64,000 nucleotides of DNA from an uncultured Planctomycetota bacterium. GTDB lineage: Bacteria; Planctomycetota; B143-G9. The stretch is taken from the NCBI GenBank assembly GCA_964571525.1, contig CAZNBY010000001.1:4647-68646 (forward strand), given 5' to 3'. Shown here in pieces: positions 17,681 through 27,307 of this stretch. Every line of letters starts with the position of its first letter. Position 1 is the first letter of the stretch. The notes beneath the pieces are model-generated. The model was not told the origin of the DNA. It ran no database searches and was given only the letters and a program-made list of their open reading frames with translations. Position numbers and translations under genes: made by a program.

Positions 17681-19015
17681 TTAGGCTTTGACTATCTTGC
17701 CAGAACCTTCGTCAAGGTGCGCGAAGGCATTGCGGGTGTCAACTATCAAAGGAAGCGAGTCATAAAGCCTCTTGTAGTCAAAGCAAGAATGTGCCGTAAC
17801 CAACACGCCAGCGTCGAAGCTATGCGCGGCGATTTCTTCAATTTTCAGCGATTCGCCGGGTTTCTTGATGCCTGTCTCGTGCGGCATTTTGGGAATAAGC
17901 GGGTCGAAATATTCGAATTTTGTGTGCGCTTTCTTCAATAGTCTCATAACGGCGATGCAGGGCGACTCGCGTATATCGGCGATGTCTGGCTTGTACGCAA
18001 GCCCCATCACAAGCACCTTTGCCGTTGAAAGCTCCTTTCCGCGCCTATTCAATTCCTCTTCGAGCCGCTTAAGAACATAATGCGGCATACGCCTGTTTAT
18101 TGTGCCCGCAAGCTCGATGAATTGCGAATTAACGCCATATTGTTTAGCGCGATAGGTCAGATAGAACGGGTCAACCGGGATGCAATGGCCGCCCATTCCC
18201 GGCCCAGGATAGAATGCGGTAAATCCGAAAGGCTTTGTCTTCGCAGCGTTAATGACCTCCCAAATATCAATGCCCATAGCATCGTAAACGGTCTTAAGCT
18301 CGTTGACGAGAGATATATTCACTGCACGGTATATGTTCTCAAGCACCTTCGCCGCCTCTGCGACCTTGCAAGACGACACAGGCACAACCTCGTCAACTAT
18401 AGCCGAATAAAGCGCCAAGGCTTTCTGGCGCGCTGAATCGCAATCAGCACCGACCACCTTGGGGATCTTCGCAGTGTGAAAATTCTTGTTGCCCGGATCC
18501 TCTCGCTCCGGCGAATATGCCACATCGAAATCCGTCTCGACCTTTAGCCCCGATTTCTCAAGCTCAGGCACCATTATCTCCTCGGTTGTTCCCGGGTATG
18601 TGGTGCTTTCAAGTGTAACAAGGTCTCCACGCTTGACATATTTGGAGATTAGTTTCGACGCGTTGATCACAAAGCTTAGGTCTGGCTTGTGGTGATGATC
18701 AAGAGGAGTGGGCACGCAGATTATGTACGCTTGTGCGGGTTTCAGGTCATCAGAGTCGCATGTCGGCAAAAACCTGCCTGTCGCAAGCGCGTCGCAGAGC
18801 CTCTGTCTCGGCACAGTGATAAGCCGAGGGTTGCCCTGCTTAAGCTCGAAGATAAGCGATTGAGAAAGATCATACCCTATGACGGTGAACCCCCGTTCGA
18901 CCATCGTAAGAGCTAATGGCAGACCCACATAACCAAGCCCGATCACTGCGGTCTTGATGGTGCGGTCTTTCACGGATGCTACAAATTCTTCAGTGCGCTT
19001 TTTGTTAGTTCCCAT
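17681..19015 (-). CDS. UDP-N-acetylhexosamine 6-dehydrogenase (WbpA/WecC/TviB family)
   Basis: IGLGYVGLP, ICVPTP, ESTTYPGTT, GPGMGGHCIPVDP, AYKPDIADIRESP; start at ATG 19015 (RBS AAGGAG). Confidence 0.92.
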   Translation of the reverse strand: MGTNKKRTEEFVASVKDRTIKTAVIGLGYVGLPLALTMVERGFTVIGYDLSQSLIFELKQGNPRLITVPRQRLCDALATGRFLPTCDSDDLKPAQAYIICVPTPLDHHHKPDLSFVINASKLISKYVKRGDLVTLESTTYPGTTEEIMVPELEKSGLKVETDFDVAYSPEREDPGNKNFHTAKIPKVVGADCDSARQKALALYSAIVDEVVPVSSCKVAEAAKVLENIYRAVNISLVNELKTVYDAMGIDIWEVINAAKTKPFGFTAFYPGPGMGGHCIPVDPFYLTYRAKQYGVNSQFIELAGTINRRMPHYVLKRLEEELNRRGKELSTAKVLVMGLAYKPDIADIRESPCIAVMRLLKKAHTKFEYFDPLIPKMPHETGIKKPGESLKIEEIAAHSFDAGVLVTAHSCFDYKRLYDSLPLIVDTRNAFAHLDEGSGKIVKA

Positions 19016-19209
19016 TCGTACTCCTTGTCTAATGAGAGATGCCGTGCATAACAGGCAAACCGCAGAATATCTGTAAAATCCTAACCGCTTCGGCGTTGTA
19101 TGCAAGCGAGCCACGGTGCGCCGATGTGGCCTTTTTATTGCATCTACCGTTAAGCTCGCGATAATTCGAGGCTTACTCTTATAATGCAATCCGCACTCCG
19201 GAGCCATTA

Positions 19210-21135
19210 ATGCCCTATTATCTAAAGCGCACCAAGCTACCCGACAACCTCGACTATCAAGAGGTTGGATTGATGAGTGGCGTGGAGATTCACCAGCAGC
19301 TCCACACCGAAAAGAAGATGTTCTGCCATTGCCCATCACGCATGTACCGTGAGGACTTCCACACCCAGGTGCTGCGCCACATGAGGCCGACCATGAGCGA
19401 AATGGGCGGTTACGACGGCACAGCTCTGATGGAATTTAAAAAGAAGAAAGAGATCATCTACCTCGTTAACAAAGCTTCGACCTGCACATACGAGCTTGAC
19501 GATACCCCGCCGTTCCTTGTGAACGAAAAAGGGCTTGATATCGCGATTGAGATCGCGCTAATGCTCAACTGCTCGATGGTTGACGAACTGCACATAACCC
19601 GCAAGCAGTACCTTGACGGCTCGATTCCGACGGGATTTCAGCGTACTGCCATTGTCGGTGTCGAAGGTCACATACCCGTTGACGGCAAAAAGATACGCAT
19701 AATACAACTTGGGTTCGAAGAGGATTCATGCCGCGAGGTTTCGGACATTCGCCACACTATCACCTTTCGCCCAGACAGGCTCGGAATGCCGCTGATTGAG
19801 GCTGTTACCTACCCAGATATGACGCACCCCGTTCAGGTTGCCCGTGTTGTCGAGGTTCTTGGCCGTATTTTCCGCACGACAGGCCATGTACGGCGTGGAT
19901 ATGGTAGCGTTCGCCAGGATGTCAATGTATCAGTTCGTGGTGGCACGCGCATTGAAATCAAGGGTGTCCCCCGCATTCCGTTCATCCCGATGCTTGTTCA
20001 TGTTGAAGCAATGCGTCAGGTGCGTCTGCTTGAGATCCGTTCGCAACTTCACTTGCGCGGTTTCACAGCTTTCGAGTCAATAGTCTCAGACGAGGCCGAT
20101 GTCACTGCACTGCTTGCCAACACAAACCAGCCGATTCTCGCCAATGCGTTGCGCCGTGGCGACAGACTCGTTGCGACATGCATCCGCGGCGTCGCTGGGC
20201 TTACAGAATACCAGACCCAGCCTGCCCGTATATTCCAAGACGAGATTAAAGGCCGTCTGCGCGTCGTTGCCTGTCTTGACGAAAAGCCGTATTGCATGTC
20301 AACAATTGACTTCAACGAACATGGTCTGACCCAAGACGAGATTGACACACTGCATCGCACCTTAAACGCGACAGACCGCGATGTTGTCTTTCTCGTTTGG
20401 GGTAACGAGCGCGATTCGAAACTTGGCGCATCCGAAATTCTTCTTCGCTGGCGCGAAGCGGTTCTCGGCATACCGAGCGAGACCCGTCAGCACTTCCCCG
20501 ACGGTCACACAGATTATGAGCGCACTCTTCCTGGACCCGAGCGCATGTATCCTGATACAGACTCGCCGCCTCTTCAGATCGGAAAGGCTCGCATTGAGAA
20601 GATACGCTCGGCTCTCCCCTCTCCTCCGTGGGAGCGTGAGGATCTACTGCGCGCATTTGGGCTGCCTGAGGATGTTGTATATCATCTTGCCATTTCAAAG
20701 CACTACAACCTGTTCTGCCGCGTAATAAACGAGCTGCATGTCAATCCGATCATTGTGGGTGTTGTGCTGTTCCGCGAGATGAAGGCTCTGTATCGCAGCG
20801 GCGTCCGCACCGAGACAGTGAGTGACGATACGCTGTTTGGCATCTTCAAGCTCTACGCCGATGGCAAGCTTGTGCGCGAGGCAATCTCAAAGGCAATTGC
20901 CGCCGCAACCGAGCATCCATCCTGTTCTGCGGATTGCATCGTAAAGACCGCAGAGCTTGAACCTCTTTCGGATGTTGAGGCGAAGGCAGAGCTTGATGCC
21001 GCAATTTCAAAGGCTGCAACGCTTGAGTTCGCTGCAGAAGACAAGAAATCACGCTTCATCATGGGCAATGCAATGCACAATCTGCGCGGCAGATTTGCTG
21101 GTGTAAAGCTCGCGATGATGCTTAAAAATTCATAG
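19210..21135 (+). CDS. gatE: Glu-tRNA(Gln) amidotransferase subunit E (GatE)
   Basis: GVEIHQQL..KKMFC.CP, RPTMSEMG..D..A..E, ELDDTPP, RKQYLDGS.PTGFQRT, EEDSCR, RQDVNVS, AspRS-like insert, LPGPERMYPDTD; 641 aa, GatE-sized rather than GatB-sized. Confidence 0.9.
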   Translation: MPYYLKRTKLPDNLDYQEVGLMSGVEIHQQLHTEKKMFCHCPSRMYREDFHTQVLRHMRPTMSEMGGYDGTALMEFKKKKEIIYLVNKASTCTYELDDTPPFLVNEKGLDIAIEIALMLNCSMVDELHITRKQYLDGSIPTGFQRTAIVGVEGHIPVDGKKIRIIQLGFEEDSCREVSDIRHTITFRPDRLGMPLIEAVTYPDMTHPVQVARVVEVLGRIFRTTGHVRRGYGSVRQDVNVSVRGGTRIEIKGVPRIPFIPMLVHVEAMRQVRLLEIRSQLHLRGFTAFESIVSDEADVTALLANTNQPILANALRRGDRLVATCIRGVAGLTEYQTQPARIFQDEIKGRLRVVACLDEKPYCMSTIDFNEHGLTQDEIDTLHRTLNATDRDVVFLVWGNERDSKLGASEILLRWREAVLGIPSETRQHFPDGHTDYERTLPGPERMYPDTDSPPLQIGKARIEKIRSALPSPPWEREDLLRAFGLPEDVVYHLAISKHYNLFCRVINELHVNPIIVGVVLFREMKALYRSGVRTETVSDDTLFGIFKLYADGKLVREAISKAIAAATEHPSCSADCIVKTAELEPLSDVEAKAELDAAISKAATLEFAAEDKKSRFIMGNAMHNLRGRFAGVKLAMMLKNS

Positions 21136-21158
21136 ACGCACCCGTTTGCGTCCCCCTC

Positions 21159-21199
21159 ACGCCCGCTGGTCGGATTTACCGCCCTGCGGGCGTTTTTTT
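21159..21199 (+). terminator. putative terminator of gatE
   Basis: ACGCCCGC/GCGGGCGT stem (long loop) followed by T run. Confidence 0.55.
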
Positions 21200-21208
21200 G
21201 TGCGTAAG

Positions 21209-22798
21209 TTATGAATGCGATAAACGCAGACATAAATACACAAGAGCAGTCTGTAATATGCTTAGACCGATAAAAAACCACAACCACAGTGGCAGGCCGA
21301 AAAGCAAACCACCCACCGTGCCCCAATTGTAGAAGTCAAGCGCGCCGGCAAATATGCAGCCGAACGCTAACACAAACAGCAAACCACGGCGCGTAACCCC
21401 TTTGAGGCTTAAACCACCGCAGAACACCTGTACAATCACATAGCTTAAGGTCGAGGCCAAGATAACTGCAACAGCAGGCATCATGCCTGTGCTGGGAAGC
21501 AACTTAAAATGCGCCAGTGCTGCAACTGTCTCGCCCACGAGTATGGAAGCAAACGCAGAACGAGCAGCGGGTTTGCGAAGATACAGGCCAAACAGCACTG
21601 TGGGAAAGAGCACCGCAAGGCCGGTGAACGCTGTTACGCCTAAATCAAGTATGCTGCTGTTGACCCACAAGGCCACCGCAAGGCCGACACCCGCAAGCAG
21701 GATCACGAGCATCCGCCCGTCAAGCGCTTTATTTGCTTTGCCTACCCCCAAATCACGCCGCAATATTGACGAAAGGGTTAATAACTGGCTGTCCATCGTT
21801 GACATAAGCGCCGCGATACCCGCAGTGATGATAAGTGCGCCCATTACATCCCCGCCAGACCACTCGAGCAACCTCGGCAGAATGGCGTCCGCCTCTTTTC
21901 CCTTCATTCCGCTAAACACGCTGTGCCCCAACACACCCATTAACACAGGTGGAGCAAAGGCCAAAAGGCAAACGGCAGGATACGCCAGCACCGTCAGCGA
22001 TATTGACCTATTGTCGCGCGCAGCATACAACCTTTGAAACAACTGAGGAAACATGGGGTCGCAGAAAAACCATAACAGAAGAAAACCAAACCACACTGCG
22101 GGCGTATAGCTGCCCGATGCTCCCGGTCGGCTGAACAATGCTGGTTCGTTAATGCGCACATGCTCAAGCGAATTGCTCCAACCCCCCAAGGCCACAACAA
22201 CCACAACCAAAGCTAACAACATCATCGCGGTCAAAACGGTACCCTGAAGCGCGTCAGTCCATGATACCGCCCGAAAGCCGCCGCGAAGTGTATATAGACA
22301 TATTGCGATAGTAATTGCAGCGGCTCCGATCCAGTGCGGTATTCCAAACAGCGACCCAATAGCCATCCCACCCGCGTACGGCTGCATTGCAAGATATGGA
22401 AGAGTGAAGAACACAAGCACACCCGCAAAAAGCAGCGAAAGCGCCTTTGAGTCATATATCTCAGCAACAAGCTCGGCGGGGGTTACAAGCCCTTTATCAG
22501 CACCGAGTTTCCGCACTCGCGGGCCTATCAGTAAAAAGGAAAGCGCCATAAATCCTGTGCCAAACGCCATAATCGGCAAAAAGGCAAGGCCATCACGGTA
22601 TCCAGCACCAGAAGCGCCGAACACAGTGAAAGCGCTGAAGTTCGTTGCTAACATTGTCGCAATGAGCACAAAAGGCGTAGTCAGCCTTCCTCCTAAGTAA
22701 TAACCGTTGTCATCTGATGTTGCGCGGGCGCGGGCAAAATACCCAATGGTGATAACTGCGGCAAAATAAGCGGCGATAACGGTAAGCTTGGCAAACAT
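21209..22798 (-). CDS. sodium:solute symporter family protein with C-terminal DUF3311-like extension
   Basis: YYLGGR, ATNFSAFTVFG..GAGY, GGFRAVSWTDALQG, AALMSTMDSQLL; about 14-15 hydrophobic segments. Confidence 0.9.
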   Translation of the reverse strand: MFAKLTVIAAYFAAVITIGYFARARATSDDNGYYLGGRLTTPFVLIATMLATNFSAFTVFGASGAGYRDGLAFLPIMAFGTGFMALSFLLIGPRVRKLGADKGLVTPAELVAEIYDSKALSLLFAGVLVFFTLPYLAMQPYAGGMAIGSLFGIPHWIGAAAITIAICLYTLRGGFRAVSWTDALQGTVLTAMMLLALVVVVVALGGWSNSLEHVRINEPALFSRPGASGSYTPAVWFGFLLLWFFCDPMFPQLFQRLYAARDNRSISLTVLAYPAVCLLAFAPPVLMGVLGHSVFSGMKGKEADAILPRLLEWSGGDVMGALIITAGIAALMSTMDSQLLTLSSILRRDLGVGKANKALDGRMLVILLAGVGLAVALWVNSSILDLGVTAFTGLAVLFPTVLFGLYLRKPAARSAFASILVGETVAALAHFKLLPSTGMMPAVAVILASTLSYVIVQVFCGGLSLKGVTRRGLLFVLAFGCIFAGALDFYNWGTVGGLLFGLPLWLWFFIGLSILQTALVYLCLRLSHS

Positions 22799-23026
22799 GG
22801 TCAGGCCCTTTACGAATAGAGTGGTTCTATTGCGCAGACCGGGATGGCCAATGGCCTGACATAATCTGCAAGGTCAGGATTCTATGCTGTTTTCAGCATA
22901 CGCAAGAAATGGCAAGCAGATTGCCGATTTTCGTTCGCTAAACTGTCCATCTGCTTATTGATTCATGTTGCAGATATGGGCTGTCGGGCACAGGGCATCC
23001 CCATGCCCGACAGCATCGAATAACGA

Positions 23027-24619
23027 TTATGATACGCTCGACATAAAGTCGTTCATATCATCAATGGGCTTTTCTTTAACCTCTGCAAGCTGTGCTTCAC
23101 TCGGTTTTGGAGTGATAAGACTTACAACAACAATTGCGATAAGCGACAATACAACTCCAAACGCGATGTAGTTATAGCAGTATGATCCCTGCAGCCACTG
23201 CGGCAGATCGTTGATGTAGTAATGAGGTGCTTCGGCGTCGGTCATCTGCAGGAACTTATATTCATAGAAGTAACCGCCGACAACCCCGATGAATCCAAGT
23301 ACAGAGGCTGTCCATACGGCTTGAACGGTGGTGCGCTTCCAGAAGATGAAGAAAGCAGGTATCGCGATAGAAGCCGATAGCACACCTGACGATATGTAAT
23401 AGACATCGTTAAGCGATGTGCTGATCAATGCGCACAAAAGACTTACGCCGAGTACTCCCATCGAGACCCACTTCGCAGAGGCGAGCCTTTGCTTTGCAGT
23501 CGCCCTTTTCTTTGCAAGAACGGGATCAATCAGGTCATGCCCCAGTGCCATTGCTGACACATTCGCAAAGGTATCAATAGTTGACATCTGGCATGCAACA
23601 AGCCCGACCAGCATGAAGACAGAAATGGCAAGCGGCATGCTGGTTATGAAGGCTGAGATAATCTCATACGCGCTTTCGCCGATCGCTGCGGCAGGGGCAC
23701 CATCAACAGGAGGATAGACGATCAGTGCGCAGAACGCCGTTATTGCGGGCAGGGCAATTACAAAAATAGAGATCAGCACAAGCCCGATTATCGCGCCTTT
23801 GTACGCCTCTCTTGTTGTCGGTACGGCCTGTATGCGCAGAATAAGGTCCTGCTCGATCATCCATCCCGGAAGATAGCCGATCAGCAGCACGATGGGGAAC
23901 AACCATCCTAAGAACGACAGGTTGAACACCTCGCCCTCGCCCGACCAAGGGGGTGATGCTTTCTGCAGCGCGCCAACAATGTCACCACCTGACGCTGCAT
24001 TTGCCCCGATAATCGCTGTCGCTGCAAGGATAATCATAAATACCGCCATAAAGCCGAACTGAACAACATCCGTCGCGGTTATAGCACGGAAACCACCCAT
24101 GTAGGTGTAGAAGAGAATAGGCAAGATGAACAGCGTCATGCACAGCCACGCAGGTATACCTAAAAAGCTGCTTGTCAGTGTACCCGCCATAAAAAGCTCT
24201 GCCTGAGTCCACGCAATAAAGACAAAGAGCGAGAACAAGGCCAACAAAACGCGTGCGCTCTTGCCAAAACGCTTTTCTATGGCCTGCGGAAGGCTCACTG
24301 CACCGATTCGCCGCACATAGGGTACCATGAAGATTATAATGAAGCAGAGTATGAACCACGGTATGGGAAGTATCCACAGACCAGTAGCACCGTACATATA
24401 TATCTGCGACATGCCGAAGCCAATCCACCCAAGCATAAGCCAGCCGGAGGTCAATGAGACAGCGAGCCGCCAGCCCGGGAGCTGTCGCTTTGCCATCCAG
24501 AATTCGAGGCTAAGCATGTTTTCGGGATCCTGCCCCTCTTTCGGCCTTAGCCGATAGCCGATGTATATGACGATCAGCGAGTATGCGATGAACGCAAGCC
24601 AGTAAAGAAGAGTTTGCAT
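23027..24619 (-). CDS. sodium:solute symporter family protein
   Basis: FWMAKRQLP, SLPQAIEKRFG, GGFRAITATDVVQ, CQMSTIDT; RBS AGGAG. Confidence 0.9.
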   Translation of the reverse strand: MQTLLYWLAFIAYSLIVIYIGYRLRPKEGQDPENMLSLEFWMAKRQLPGWRLAVSLTSGWLMLGWIGFGMSQIYMYGATGLWILPIPWFILCFIIIFMVPYVRRIGAVSLPQAIEKRFGKSARVLLALFSLFVFIAWTQAELFMAGTLTSSFLGIPAWLCMTLFILPILFYTYMGGFRAITATDVVQFGFMAVFMIILAATAIIGANAASGGDIVGALQKASPPWSGEGEVFNLSFLGWLFPIVLLIGYLPGWMIEQDLILRIQAVPTTREAYKGAIIGLVLISIFVIALPAITAFCALIVYPPVDGAPAAAIGESAYEIISAFITSMPLAISVFMLVGLVACQMSTIDTFANVSAMALGHDLIDPVLAKKRATAKQRLASAKWVSMGVLGVSLLCALISTSLNDVYYISSGVLSASIAIPAFFIFWKRTTVQAVWTASVLGFIGVVGGYFYEYKFLQMTDAEAPHYYINDLPQWLQGSYCYNYIAFGVVLSLIAIVVVSLITPKPSEAQLAEVKEKPIDDMNDFMSSVS

Positions 24620-24651
24620 AAAAGCTCCTGTTTAAGGTTGTGTTTCATCGC

Positions 24652-25431
24652 TCAGAAGGTCGCTGTAAGTGAAATGGTTGTCCAGAAGTTGTCGTCTTTC
24701 TCCATTATCTTTCTGTGATCAGAATCCAATAGCGTGGAATAGTGGAAGGCAACTGTCAGAGCCCAGTTGTCGCTTATCTGAAAGGGAAGCGTTGCATGAA
24801 GCGTGAAATCTGTTAGCGCGGATTCTTTAAGGCCGAAGTAATATTCGTTGTCCTTGGCAGTGCCGTACCCAATGCTTGCGGATAGCCCAAGACTCACATT
24901 CATGCCGTTATCAAATGTATAAAGGTCGAATGAGTGGCTTGCCGCGAGGGAAATCCAGGTGCCTTTGGCCTCGTCAAGATCTTGATATACAAGAATTTTA
25001 GGCGACAGAAGTGTGTCATAACCAGCTACTGCATATAGCTCAATCGTGTTGTTAAGGCCGGTCGTCGGGTATTCGTAGAGCGCAAGGCCAACCGAGAAGC
25101 TGAACTTCTCTATTGCAAAAGAGTAGTCGAGCGTGTAGTCAATTTCAGTAATATCGCCTGAAGGCTTGTCGTTGTCAGGATACGAGTTGTAATCGCTGGT
25201 TTCGATGCTTGCCCAGACGATAAGCGAAAGCCCTTTCCATGATCCAGTTACTGACGGCCATATAACAGGGTCATCATTGAAATTCAGGCCGCGCCAGATG
25301 TATTTGCTCGAATAGGTAAGGTCAACCGTTACGCTCCATTCCTTATCGTCGGCGACAGCCACGCGCGGCGCGATGAACGATAAAAGCACTAAGGCAAACA
25401 GAAATACTGATACAAAAAGCGGATTCCTCAT
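24652..25431 (-). CDS. outer-membrane beta-barrel, TorF/TIGR02001-like putative porin
   Basis: Signal peptide from ATG 25431 (RBS GGAGG), SKYIWRG, amphipathic strands, terminal Phe. Confidence 0.75.
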   Translation of the reverse strand: MRNPLFVSVFLFALVLLSFIAPRVAVADDKEWSVTVDLTYSSKYIWRGLNFNDDPVIWPSVTGSWKGLSLIVWASIETSDYNSYPDNDKPSGDITEIDYTLDYSFAIEKFSFSVGLALYEYPTTGLNNTIELYAVAGYDTLLSPKILVYQDLDEAKGTWISLAASHSFDLYTFDNGMNVSLGLSASIGYGTAKDNEYYFGLKESALTDFTLHATLPFQISDNWALTVAFHYSTLLDSDHRKIMEKDDNFWTTISLTATF

Positions 25432-25925
25432 TTTAACCTCCGAAAAGTTAGTGTTCAGCCGGTGTTGGGCGAAGGTGTTCGCGCACCGGAGGGGTTTGCC
25501 CAATTGCCCTAATACGCAGTTGAGCCATCTTTCGACGGCGAAGTTTTGCGCATTAGAATCGTATCTGAACGGCAAAATGAAGAGTTCAGCGGGAGTATCC
25601 GCTGATTTCCGCAGTCCATTTTTGTTGAGGAGCAACCGCTTAGAAAGCGCCGGTAGGTTCGATAAGAGGGAGGTCAACCGAAACATGAGACCGACGCGAG
25701 GCGACTTTGCCCCAACCGACGGCCTGTGCGCGCAGCCTGCACGCACCGCCGTCATGGACGGTGGATACTCATGTTTTGCCGGTTTTCCTATAGATGAATG
25801 CGTTGCCTTTGCGAAGCATCATATACCCGAATTGTAGATGTTTTGCCCGTTGTGCAAGAAAATACGCAAATGAATTTGTTGTTCGCAAGGAACCGCGCGA
25901 AGTAGTTGGTCTTCCCTTGCCTTGC

Positions 25926-27089
25926 TTACTTCCCTTCCGCTCCATCAGATAGTGCATCAAGATACTCACCGTAAATATACACGCGATTGCGTTCTTTACC
26001 GGTTATCTCTCGCACAATGCCAAGCTTCTCTATTGCTTGAATCGCCTTGTTGACGGCAGGAAAGGACAGACCTGTTCGCTTGCTCAACCTTGCTATGGAA
26101 CCAACAGGCCGCTCGCGAAGGGATTCGTACACCCGCAATGCCGTTGAAGATAGCCTGCCCAAAGATTGCACTCGTTTAGAGTCTCTCTGAAAAATTGCAA
26201 CGAGCTTTCGGGCTGTCTCAACCGCCTCTGTCGCTGTTTGAGATACACCCATCAGAAAAAAGTCAATCCACGACTCGAAATCGCCATCGAATCGCACTGC
26301 ATCAAGCAAGTTGTAGTATTCGGTGCGTCTGCGCTTGAAATACAAACTTAAATACAGAACCGGTTGTGCAAGCATTGCCGACTCGTGCAGGATCAAAGCA
26401 ATCAAAAGCCTGCCAACCCGTCCGTTACCATCAAGAAACGGGTGTATCGTCTCGAATTGCGCATGAGCAAGCCCCGCCTTTACGAGCACGGTGTATTGAG
26501 AGTTATCTGCATGCAAATACTGCTCGAATTCGCCCATGCATTGCTCGACAAGATGAGGAGGAGTCGGTACAAAATGGGCTTTCGCTGGACGCGCTCCACC
26601 GATCCAGTTCTGTGTGCGGCGAAACTCTCCCGGCATCTTTTCGCTGCCTCGCCCCCTTGAAAGTAATACCTCATGAACCTCGCGTATAAGACGATTGCAC
26701 AAAGGAAAACCCTCTTGCATGCGCTTTACTCCATGATCAAGCGCGGCAACATAATTCGATACCTCTATCACATCGTCAAGAGGAACACCGGGGGCTTCAT
26801 TCATTTCGAACAACATCAGATCAGAGATCGAAGATTGCGTTCCCTCGATTTGCGACGACAAGACAGCCTCGCGCAACATAAACGCATATTGAAGAAGGTC
26901 TGCATATGGCACAGTAACGAATAATCCATCTAATCTTCCGAGTGCGAGAGTAGCCTTCTCAAGCAGAAGTCTTCGCTCTTCAGTGAATTCGATCGGAGGC
27001 ACCGGCGGCAGCGGCTTTGGCACGAAGGCCTTTACCGTCTCACCTCCAGAGGTGGAAACATCATAACTTCCCGTCAGACCCCTTCGCAT
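25926..27089 (-). CDS. Fic family protein with C-terminal HTH
   Basis: Complete Fic motif HPFLDGNGRVGR, EAVLSSQIEGT, C-terminal wHTH; start at ATG 27089 (RBS AGGTGAG). Confidence 0.93.
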   Translation of the reverse strand: MRRGLTGSYDVSTSGGETVKAFVPKPLPPVPPIEFTEERRLLLEKATLALGRLDGLFVTVPYADLLQYAFMLREAVLSSQIEGTQSSISDLMLFEMNEAPGVPLDDVIEVSNYVAALDHGVKRMQEGFPLCNRLIREVHEVLLSRGRGSEKMPGEFRRTQNWIGGARPAKAHFVPTPPHLVEQCMGEFEQYLHADNSQYTVLVKAGLAHAQFETIHPFLDGNGRVGRLLIALILHESAMLAQPVLYLSLYFKRRRTEYYNLLDAVRFDGDFESWIDFFLMGVSQTATEAVETARKLVAIFQRDSKRVQSLGRLSSTALRVYESLRERPVGSIARLSKRTGLSFPAVNKAIQAIEKLGIVREITGKERNRVYIYGEYLDALSDGAEGK

Positions 27090-27107
27090 ACTCACCTGCC
27101 TGTTAAA

Positions 27108-27307
27108 CGATCGCTTAATAGCAGTCAACGCTATTAAACGATAGCGCCTTTTCGTTTAATTACAAGAGGAATTACGAGTTGTGATTGGTGAGACACAAGA
27201 TAAGAATGCGGATATTCAATCAGTTAGGAAAGAAGGTGTGTCTTTATACAGCGATCGATTAATAGTGCGGAGCGTAATTAAACGATAACGCCTTATCGTT
27301 TAATTAC
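27108..27307. repeat. two 56-bp direct repeats containing palindromes, upstream of fic
   Basis: 27108-27163 and 27252-27307 match at 45/56 positions; copy 2 holds a perfect 15-bp-arm inverted repeat (27274-27307). Confidence 0.85.

Noticed and set aside
19016-19339. N-terminal extensions in the ORF track (also 25432-25755, 35581-35823, 45315-45401, 93-194)
   Set aside because: Homology and RBS or promoter positions support downstream starts
19210-21135. Ordinary bacterial GatB
   Set aside because: Too long, has the AspRS-like insert and GatE-type motifs (EIHQQL, RP..SE.G, MYPDTD); no gatC/gatA adjacent
25432-25620. c-di-GMP-I or c-di-AMP (ydaO) riboswitch
   Set aside because: Only fragments (GAAA tetraloop, GGCAAAC, CTAAC...GGAGG) in the wrong order or spacing; kept only as an unassigned structured leader
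27108-27307. CRISPR array
   Set aside because: Only two 56-bp units with an 88-bp gap; no cas genes
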